A stretch of 64,000 bases of DNA. Origin: Geosiphon pyriformis uo1. Taxonomy: Eukaryota > Fungi > Glomeromycota. Below, in pieces: positions 40,601-51,324 of the stretch; position 1 is the first letter of the stretch; each line of letters starts with the position of its first letter. The position numbers were made by a program, and so were the translations under genes. The notes under the pieces are model-generated. The model did no database searches. It worked only from the letters and a program-made list of their open reading frames with translations, and was not told the origin of the DNA. Location of the stretch: NCBI GenBank assembly GCA_016748015.1, contig JAAOMT010000128.1, positions 1,371,538-1,435,537 of the forward strand, written 5' to 3'.

Positions 40601-43600
40601 TCTAGGCAGGATATAGTTCAGTGTCATGCTGCTGTAATAGGCATACTATGACTCACCCAGTTGCTGATGAGGATCATGTATTGACACGAAGTATCACACA
40701 TTCCTCCTCAACCAGGAATGTTGTTCCATATTCCTTCATTGAGTAATTGTTCGCTGCAAGCAAGACATGGTTTGTTGTCTCACTTGTCTTGTCTTTTTGA
40801 ATAGCCATATTGTTCTCTATGGCAGGACTTGCAATAGTAATGGATTCGCATCCAGTAGTTTTTGTCTAACACTACCCAAGTTCTCATTGAGGACAGTTTC
40901 TTCCCACAGTCCTTGCATTTGAGAGGTATATATGGCAGCTCTTTTATTGGTTCACATGAGTATTTCCTTTCCCAGCCACTAGTTATTTTTTCTGTAGTGG
41001 TTGTTTCTTCAGGTATGTTTTCTTCCCTTCCTTTTCCTTTTTCTTTGTTTTTTTCTTCCCAATCTAGAATTGGTGGCATCTCGCTTTGGTTGTTGTTAGT
41101 CCAAGTGTCGATGGTAGCTTTCCAGGTAGGTTTTTCTCTTTGTTTCTCTTTTCTATTGTTGTTGTTGTCCCAGGCAAGTATTGGTAGCAGTTCATTGTGG
41201 TCGACATCGGCCCACAAGATTTGGTATGCTTCCCAGATGGGTTTCATTTTTTCTTTCTCAAATTCAATAAGTGGTGTTGATGGCATGGTAATGAGCTTAA
41301 AGTGGCCACATGTGGCTGGTACTCATGTGTGTCAACCATTCTGGCTAAGCTGGAGCTCTTGGGTGTTCTAATCTAAGGTCGTATTGGTTTTGGACAGCCA
41401 GTCATTCCCAACAAGTGCTTGGTATTGAGTGGCTTCCATGACAAGTACTTTGATTGGTAATATGATGCCATTGACTTCTATGGAGAAATTATTAATCTCT
41501 CCAATAGGTGTTTTGGTCACTCCATCAGCTGTAATAATCCTGGTGCTGGCAATGCAATTAACTCAGCAATCTAATTGATCCATAAGTTGTCTTGTGATGA
41601 TGCTGCCAGCTGATCCACTATCTAAGATCAGTTTGATGAAGTGACCATCAACTTTTGCATCAGTGTACATTGCAGTAATGGATTTCTCCTTGAGTGCTGC
41701 TCCACTGAACAAAGGTGAGTTGATGGTTTCCTCCAATTTGAAAGGAAAGATGGCTGTAAGAGATTCATTTTCGGTGACCATTGCTGGTGGAATATTGTTG
41801 GTAAGTGTTGTCTGGAGTGGGTTGAATTCCAAGTTGTTGGTGGTGGCATCTTCTGGGGTAACCAAAAGACTTAAATAGTTCTGGGAATTTGGGTTTTGGG
41901 TGGAACCAGTACCCAGATTCCGTTGTTGAGAGCCTGGTGATTGGTGAGAGGAACTGGAGATCAGTTGATGAACAACTATCGCCGATCTCCAGTTTTGAGT
42001 AATTCTAAGTCTTGGGTTTCCTGATGTCATTTGAGTGGGGTTTTGGAGTGGTGTTTGAATTGGTTGTTGGAGCTGATAAATTATTTGGGGCTGCAGCTAA
42101 TAAATTACTGGTGGCTGTGGTTGATAAATTGGAGGTTGATATACTGGCAGTTGATAAATTGGTTGCTGCATCATTGGCAGGTAAGTGGTTTGATATTGGT
42201 CTTGATTTGGGTAGTGATTCTGAATCTGAAATCTGTGATTAGGGTTTTGATATTGATTTCCCAATCGTGAATTGTTGCTATAAAATCAACAGTCAGCTCT
42301 AATGTGACCTTGTTTACCACAGTTGTGGTAAACACATGTTTTTGGCTGCCATGGCTGATTAGGTAACAATAATGATGATGATATTAATAGACGTGGTTGA
42401 TTTTGGAAACGATTTGTGTTTCCTGAATTATTGTGTCATTGTGGTGGTTAATAGATTGTATGATTGTCAGCTAAGTATCCCTCTAGTTTCTGATTGATTG
42501 TATTACTGAATTGTTTTAGTTTGGAATCCAAGTCAGATAATTCATTCATCACTAAATTTATAGCTTGAACATGGTTGGCTTCTAGCTCGGCTGCTTCAAA
42601 ATTTCTGGCGTGAGTAATGGTGGTTGGGAGGTTAACTGGATGCATTAGACATACTCACTGAAAAATGCTACTGCACAATCCTCTGATGAACTGGTTCAAG
42701 ATCTGTGGCACTGTAAAGTAATCAGCTTGAATTGCCTGAATTTGGTGCAGATTTCTATGGAAGCATCCCAAGTAAGTGGTAACTGCTTCTGTGTCCCCTT
42801 GTTTGATGGTGGTGAATGTGTTAGTCAAGTAATTGATACTATTGTTATTACTAAAGTATCTCAAGAATTCTGTTTTGAACTCATTGAAAGTTTGTGGTTT
42901 GGCAGCTAGGCTCTGATACCACAAGTTGGCGATATCTTTAAGAAAATAGAAGATTGCTTGAAGAACTCTACTGTCATTCCATCCATAGGCCACTATGGCT
43001 TTTTCAATATTGTTGAGCCATATTTGGGTGTTGTCCTCTTCGCTGGTAAAATTGTCAAGTTTTGCAATTGGTGCGTAGGCCATTGGATCTAAGTTGGGTT
43101 GTTGTAATAGTAATTGAAATGGTTGTTGTTACATAGGTTGTTGGAGTGGTAATTGAAGTGGTGGTTGTATGAATTTGGCTATTGGATTAATTGGTGGTTG
43201 ATTGATAATAATTACTAGAGATAAGTTTTGTTAATTTATTAAATCGGGGTTTCAATTATCCTGAGTTGGCAGTGTCTGAATATTTGGAGTTTCGATTTCT
43301 GGATTTTCTGGGTTTAGATTTTGCTGAATTTGAAGATTTGGGGTTTCAAATTCTGGGTTTTCAGCAATCAGGTTCTGGTAAGTGAATTCTTGATCTTCAG
43401 CTTCTTTTTCTTTCTCTTTTTCTGATTCTATTACTTCCCACAGATCAGAAATTCTGAAATCTGGAGGAGGCGGTAGTGATTGGAGTCCTAATGGCATTGA
43501 TTATTGCAAGTTAAATCTTTCAAAATACACACCATATGGTCCTAATAACTCTGCTTTCCTTTGTTTACTTTGGAATGAGAATTGTCCAAATGCTAATGTC

Positions 43601-45684
43601 ATGTTTGATGTGGCTGCACTGGTAAATGTAATATTAATAACACTTCCAGATGTATAGTGATATGATGGATTAGTTGGGGACTCAACTCTTGTTTTCTTTT
43701 AAGTAGGTGGTTGTATTCATTTGGATGTTACTGCTGGTATTTGCAGTTTTCCTTTGCCTTTGCTTGCGTAAGTAATGAGGTATCTTTGCTGTGTGTGGTG
43801 TTCAATTTCTTTGTTAATTTCTGTAATGATGAAGGCAAAATTGTGATTTGTTGGCAGGTTGGTATTTTGAATTAATTTATTGTAAAAGGCTTCTCTTGCC
43901 AATTTGATATTTACTGGTGTTCCTAACAAATAGGCAATTTTTTTGTTAACGTAAAAATTGAAAGCTGATTCTGCTAATATGTGGTTGTAATTTAATCTCA
44001 AATGTTGACAGTAGTGTTGAAATAAAAATTTCGCAAATCCTAGATGGTTTGCTCCTATGTTTTCTGATTTTGCCACTTTTAGATTTGTGTTGGTGCTGGT
44101 TTTCTGTAGGATTATATCTTACAAAGAGCACTAAATGTTACAGATGACTATTTCTGGTGTTGGATTAAATAACAAACCTGTAACTTGGTGCTCAAATCTA
44201 GTTGTAGTTAATAGTAATCTGAAGGTTTGTGTTTGAAAAATTTGTATTCAAAGAGTTTGGTTGAGTTTTTTGTATAATGAACAGAGATTCAATGGTAATA
44301 GTTTTATCCATAGCTTCCTGAAACTGCAGTTTCATCAATTTTTTTCTCAGCTTAATGGCTGGTATTCCTTCTGGTAAGCTATTTTCAATCGAGTGTTCTA
44401 CCCTTATTTCTGGGTCTTTTACCAGTCACATTTATCCTAACGTCAGTACCCCATGCATTAATCCTCAATAGAGTTAGTAAATAACAATAAAATCAAAGCA
44501 AGAAATAAAAAAAATAAAATAAAATAAAAAAAGAAAAGAAATAAGCCAAGGCAATTTGCAAGTTAGTATTCTGTCAATAGCCATGATCAAGAGCTATTGT
44601 TCTAGTGTAGTTAAGTATCAATTACTATCAACATGAAGTGTTAATAGTGGCAGCAGATTTAAGATAACAAACAGTTATTTATTTGTGGTTTGGAAAGTTG
44701 TCTAAATGAAATCTAAACTGAGAGGTCTCCCTTTTTAGTTTTTAATCCTACTGCTATATATACATAATTGAGATTCCTCAATTCCTCAATTCTTCACAAC
44801 AGAAATCTTGGGATTTCTGGAATCCTGCAATTCTTTTAAGAGGAATCCTAGAATTCTGGAATCCTGCAATTTTTTGTGAAAATCCTGTAATTCCTGAAAT
44901 CCTGTAATTCCTGGAATCCTGCAATTCCTGAGAAAAATCCTGGAATTCCACATTTTACTATGTCTACTTCTGATTGGCTAATAACTATGCTAATATATAT
45001 TCCCAATATTTCTATGAGTAACACTGGCAATCTTCTGGTAAATAATCCATAATTTTTTATGTGTTTTACTCACTTGCAGGGGTTTTTTACCAGGCAATTC
45101 TTGATGTCAATAATTCAGCACTTAATTCTTAATCAATTAGTAAACAAAACAAAAAAATAAAAATAAAAAAATAAAGAGAAGATAAAGAAAATTAAGCCAA
45201 GATGTTTATAAGTTAGTATCCTGTTAATAGCCATAATCAAGAGCTATTGTTCCAGTGTGGTTAAGTATTAATTGTTATTAACATGAAGTGTTGATAGTGG
45301 AAAGTGAATTGGAGATATAAAATAATTATTTATTGATATTTGTAATGTGGAAGGTTGCTTAGATTAAATCTAAACTAGGAGGTCTCTAACTAAAGAATTC
45401 TGCCTTTTTTCTTTCTAACACTACTACTATATATATATAATTGAGATTTCTCGATTTCTCAATTCTTTATACCAGGAATTCTGAAATTTCTGGAATTCTG
45501 TAATTTCTTTGAGAGAAATCCTGGAATTCTGGAATCCTGCAATTCCTTGTATGAGAATTCTGAAATTTCTGAAATCCTACAATTCCTTTTGAGAGAAATC
45601 CTGGAATTTCACATTTACTATGATTATTTTTGATTGGCTAATTTATGCTAATAAATACTTTCTATATTCTATGAGTAACAACAC

Positions 45685-47760
45685 TAAGAAATTTGTCTAC
45701 AATCTAAGATCTAATACTAAAGCAAAGCTTAATTTTAATAACAATCAAAATATTTTTTTAGAGTTCAAGTGCCAATGAACAATATCCTCTTGTTTTGCAG
45801 AATTGTTTATTCTCCTGATATTGTATATAGCAATTTTCCAAACTAAATCTGTTATTGAAAAGAAAAAAATTTTCTATTCAAATTCACATTGTCTATTTTG
45901 GTTATCAGACCCATAACTGTATTCAATAGATTATTTAAAGTTTTTTTCAATTTTAAAACAACTAAAAAACCAATACCCACCATTTTTGCAACAGTTTCAT
46001 TATTAGTAATCACACCCAAATCCTCACTTATTACTGTATCTGCTCCTTAATTTTGTGATAAAAGAGTTACTAACAACTAATATTCAAGACTAGACTAAGA
46101 AACTATTGGTCAAAGTATATTCAATCTCTTAGCCAACTTACCAACTTGTTCTACAAGGCTGATAAGATTGCACTTAAGAATGGCAAATCTATTATTCATT
46201 TTAACAGATACTAGAAAAAAAAATTTTATCTTCAAAGAAGAACCAAAGTTAACTGAACCATTATGTGCAAAGAAAGAAGAAAAAAAAGATTTACCAACAA
46301 CTTTTGTCCAAAAAATACCACCAAAAGCTACTGAATAGACAATAGGTACTAAGTATTTAATATAGATAGCTGTTAATCTACTTTTATTTATGTCTGACAA
46401 TGTTTTATGAAAAGAATAACCAGAAAAAAAATTCTTATTTACAGAACAGTCCAAAGATATATAATCCAAATTTTTACACTTTACATATTTGGCAGATTTC
46501 AGATGAGATCAGCACAAATTGGTGCTTCTTAGCACTAATGTGGTTATTATGACAGCATTTAATAAATCAGTAGAGTTAAAGCACACAACTGTACATCTGG
46601 TCTAAGCATACATAATTAAATGACAGTTAATAATACAAGTTTTTCTATTTACTAAAATAATATAATTCCAAATATTATATGCATTGATTCCTACTAGCAG
46701 AGTATATAATAGTGTTTTATTACAGTTTTTTGTATTTTAAGATTCTTTGTTCATATCAGCTTTAGCAATATACATAGTATTTTTTTCAATTAAAACAGAT
46801 TATTTAGCCATGACCAAATCAGCATGATCTAATTGCTCAAATTTCATCACAGCTTTTTGCCACAGTCTTATTAATTATATGTTGATTAACTTAATTACTT
46901 TAAACTCAGACAGTACAGTATGTACAGTCTTAGCTAATATCCCAATTGGAATTTTTTTCACAACCACAGCTCAATTTAAATGTCTAATAGACTTTTTAAG
47001 ATTAATATTTATCAAAATTTTCACACTTTTAGCTTTTTTGATAGTCAGTATTAAACTTAATTTGAAAGTGAAAGTTGTTTTAATAATTTTAGCAAATTTT
47101 AAGAAAGTAGATGCCCTTTTAAAACCATTAACTTTTGAAAACAACTTTTTAATTACTACAAACTTCTTTTAAGAAGACTTTTTAACAACTTTGTCCAAAT
47201 TGATATTCAAAACAAATGATTTTTTAACAGGCATATTAACTAAATTTTTGAGTAGTAGAAAAAAAAACACAGGGGTATTCAAAAAAATATCATTATTATT
47301 TATATCTAAAAAGTTGATTTTTCTCAGAGGTATATTCAGAGCTTTTTTTATTGCTAATCTTAGTTCTTTTAGTGTTTGACCAAGATTATTTTCATTAGAC
47401 ACATTTTTTTCATCATAATTTACACTGATTTTTTCTATTAAAAATTTTCTTTCTATATTAATGCTATCAGATTCTGTTATATTTCCATTATTAGAAACCC
47501 AAAAAACTCTAACCACTTTTTCTAAAAAAACCATTCCAATAATAATACTACTATTTTTCAAAGTAACTTTTTTTCTTTTCTTTTTAGAAACAACATCTTT
47601 GTCCTTAACACCAGAACCAAAGCTTTTAACAGATTTTTTTATTGCAGTAATACTAAAGCCAATAGTGACTTTATAATTAAGCAGAAACAATTTGAATTTA
47701 TCATATTGAATGGTAAAAACTTTTTTTCAAAAACTTTTTTTTTAACTCTTTTCAAAAATT
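45685..47760 (-). mobile_element. LINE 5' part: ORF1 pseudogene and ORF2 N-terminus (same element as 9925-14528)
   Basis: LVWKIAIYNIRRINNSAKQEDIV marks the APE start. Removing E1 and one TSD restores ..IVDKFLSVKVFISDLDSRFLDAGV.. in frame. ORF1 has RRM-like segments and a decayed CCHC near 46450-46495. Confidence 0.85.
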
Positions 47761-47799
47761 TGGGACAAAAAAAAGAAAAAAGTTTTCTTTTTTTATATA

Positions 47800-49700
47800 T
47801 ATGATAATATATATATAATTTTATGTAAAAACTTTGTATTTAAGAATTAATTAAACAAAATATTTTTAATTTTTGGTAATCTAAAAATTATTATTTTAAA
47901 TTTAGTTGTTTTTGTTTATAATATTATAATAAATTATTATAATAATATTTGGCTTTATATATTTTTTTTGTAATTTACAGTTTATTGTATAATCTATTTA
48001 ATAATATAATTTATTTATTAAGTATTAATAAAATTTTTATTGCGAATTTTAATTTATGTGTATACTGTTTATTTTTTTTAAATTTAAATAATAATATTAT
48101 AATTGGATTTTATTTATTAAATAAATAAATAAAAATTAATATTTTATAAGATAAATAAAATTTTATATATTTAATATAAATTATTATTATTATTTATATT
48201 TATTTAAACTTAAAAATTATTAAGTTTTTTGTATATAATTAATATATTTAATTAAATTTATCTAAATATACTATAAAATTATTATAAATTTTTAAATAAT
48301 TATAATAAAAAAGACATAATAATAGTAAAAATAATAATTAATTATTAAATAATATGAATACATAAAATATACTTATACATAAAAACATAAATAATAAATT
48401 AATTAAAATATTATGACTAAAAAAAACATTAAATATAAAATTATATTAAATAATAAATAATAACAAAAAAGTTTAATTTTAACAAAAAATTATTTATTTA
48501 AATAATAAATATAAAACATAAAAGTTTATTTCTGCATATAAAAAATTTATTATTTAAATAATAAACTTATATTTATATTTATATATTTTTGTTAAATTAA
48601 TTAAATTAACTAATAAACAATCATAATAAAAAAATTATTATTTAAATAATAATAATTTTTTAACATTTTTATTAACAGTTATAATTTAAATAACAAATAT
48701 AATTATGTAATTATAATAATGTTTTTATCTAAAAAAAACTTTTTATTACATTATAAAACTGTTATATTTATATAATTTTAATATATAAAACATTAATTAA
48801 AAGTTTATTTAATAAGTAATTGGCTTAAATGTTTTAAAAATTTTTGTTTAAATTTATTAATAAAGCTTAGTTTTAACAAATTTTGAATTCAAATAAAATC
48901 TGATTAAATTTTTAAGTTTTATAGTTTTGTTTTATATAATATTTAAAAAAATTATATGTTAACAAAAAATTATAATTTATTGGAATTTTTTTATTATAAA
49001 AATTATTTTTAATTAGTAAATAAGATAATATTTATAAGAATTTGTTTTATGTAAAATTAAAATATTTTTTAATATAACTTTCAATATAATTTAATTTAAA
49101 TTAATATTTGGATAAAATATCTTCTTATCTTAATTATTTTTTTAACTGCACATTTTATTACAAAAGTTTAATTTAATATTTTATTTATTAGCATTATTTT
49201 GTAAAAAAATCTTCAATAAAACTTTTTATACATTGATCTTTTTAGCTAAATATATTGTTTTTAAAAGCAAAATAGTGGTAATTTGAATTTTGGAATATAT
49301 TTTAAATATGTTTATTTTAAAATGAAAATTAATACAAACTTTTAAAATTGAAATTTTTTAATAATAATCTTAACAATTTTATTAACATTAGCATACATAT
49401 AAATTAAATTATATTATGTGTTATTTATTTTAAATTATTCTAAAATTTCTGGTATTTTAAGTTGTGTTAAAAAGTATATTAATTATATATTAAATTGAAA
49501 AATCTCAATATAAAAGTTATTGAAAACCTTGAATCAAATTATGAATAAGCAAAAAAAAAGTTATTAATATTTATTTGTTACCTAATTATAATTCAAAATG
49601 ATAAAATTGCAACTGATTGAAATCAATTGAGATTTTATTTACAAATTAATATTCATATACCAATATTATAATTGTAAAAAATGCTTTTAAATTTTCACAT
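47800..49700. other. Extremely AT-rich decayed sequence flanking the gene island
   Basis: Almost no G/C and no ORFs. Confidence 0.7.
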
Positions 49701-51324
49701 TTATGTTTTAAATCTATATCAATCAAATATCTGACACTAATTTGTGAAACTACTTTGAAAACTTAAATTTTCGTAAAATACATCTTTATCTTTATGACAA
49801 TCTTGAACATTGAAAATATTGTTTTTATTCAAAGGTAACTTACGATTAAGAAGTTAAATTAATATGTTGATCAATATCGATATTTTTTCGAAAAACTTGG
49901 ATTTAACACATCATGATCAACATCTCTTTTCATTTAGATTAAGCCAATGAAAAATTAACGGTATTAGGATATAAATCCGAGAATCATCAATTTTGTAACA
50001 ATGAACAGAGATTTTTGTATGATACCCATTCCTGATCATTTTTGAATTAGCAACCATTGCTTAAAAAAAGCAATTTCCAATAACACCTTAAAAGAATATC
50101 TGCATTTTGCAAGGCAGGGACTAGACTGGGGTAACTTTGATTATATTTTTAATGTGTTACATATTTAAGGTTTGAACATCAAATGACAAAACGATGCAAA
50201 ATGTTGATGATCGGCAAAAGGCCGAGTGTATGATCAGATGAAATCAAAAGGCGATTAAGTACAAAATGAGAAATCTGTTATCTTCTTTCCACTTCTTCTT
50301 TCTTTACACAACTTTTGAAGTTTCGATGTTAATTCTATTCCAGAAATTAAAAAGTGATTGTTATTGAAATGACAGTCAAAAATTATTATTTGGCTCGGGT
50401 GTGTCATAAAAAGTGGCTTTTCCGCTTATGGTTACAAAAGCCTGCATATTAACGTTAACCTTTTATTGCTATTATGTCATTCACCATCATTAGACTGCAT
50501 TCATCCTATTCATTCGCGTAACTTTACTAATAAAACGACAAGAAAACCATTTTGTCCCAGTGTATCACGATGTCATTTTATCAGCTTTAGAGGCAAAAAT
50601 TTTTTTGTACCAACTTCCTTACTAGGTTCACAAATCGATTTATTAGTTGGATATTTTAGGAAATACATAAGAATTTGGTATTAATCTTATTTTTATTTAT
50701 TCTTTGGCACATTCTTCCCGTTATCAAATCATCTTAATCCTATCTTATTTAACAGACGCGTTTCACAATCGCGTACTTTCGAAAAAGGGAAATCTTTATA
50801 TATTATTATTATTATTATTATTCATTAAACTAGACGAGTATCCCCGTAAAATAGGGTAGCTGATATTTTTTAGGGCTACACAAGCCGAGTTTATTTTAAA
50901 ACCATAAAAAAAGAACATGTCCACTTTTTTTTGCTATATCACCATCTAATTGGATGTTCGCGCAAGATTAAAGTCACACCATGGTTTTTAATACATTGCA
51001 TTGCATCAAATTGAAGATTCTGTTGGTGGGCTCCCTGAAATTCTTAGCTATATATTTGGCCTCTGCTCGAAATTTATCAAATCTTTACTTGCGTACAAGT
51101 CTCGTTCTGTTGCTTGATACTTTGTCGTGATATCTGTTCGTCTTTGTTAAGGATATCTTATCGTGTACACCTCTTGTTCTTTTTCGCCCTGAACTTTATT
51201 GTTTTTCTCTGAAAATTTTCAAAATAAAAATAAAAAAATTTTTGATACTGATACTTATGCTTTTTGTATCAAAAAACGAGACCATCAATTAAACTATAAT
51301 AATTATCATCAAATTAAAGCAAAA

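Larger units (their letters stand above)
26542..44076 (-). pseudogene. E2 Gag-Pol polyprotein pseudogene (interrupted by E3 within RT)
   Basis: ORFs starting at 44076, 43497, 43083, 42645, 42030, 41286, 40269 and 39789 share one frame, implying a single gag-pol ORF. Motifs: HNCGKQGHIRADC, ILDSGSAG, dUTPase motifs, RT split at 28818/38631, RNase H EHPVTYASR, integrase with a GPF tail. Confidence 0.9.
24974..45023 (-). mobile_element. Ty3/Gypsy LTR retrotransposon E2, inserted in the E1 5'LTR
   Basis: 3'LTR 24974-25844 and 5'LTR 44136-45023. TSD CCAG (24970-73) versus CTGG (45024-27). PPT at 25845-25860, PBS at 44118-44135. Confidence 0.92.
14529..45680 (-). mobile_element. Ty3/Gypsy LTR retrotransposon E1 (outermost; own sequence 14529-24973 plus 45028-45680)
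   Basis: 3'LTR 14529-15396. 5'LTR split into 24760-24973 and 45024-45680. TSD ACAC at 14525-28 and 45681-84. PPT at 15397-15412, PBS at 24741-24759. Domain order gag-pro-dut-RT-RH-IN. Confidence 0.92.

Noticed and set aside
44190-44430. Open frame inside the E2 LTR (LVKDPEIRVEHSIENSLPEG..)
   Set aside because: It has no start codon, and the reading frame is not preserved between E1, E2 and solo LTR subfamilies. Conservation looks nucleotide-level.
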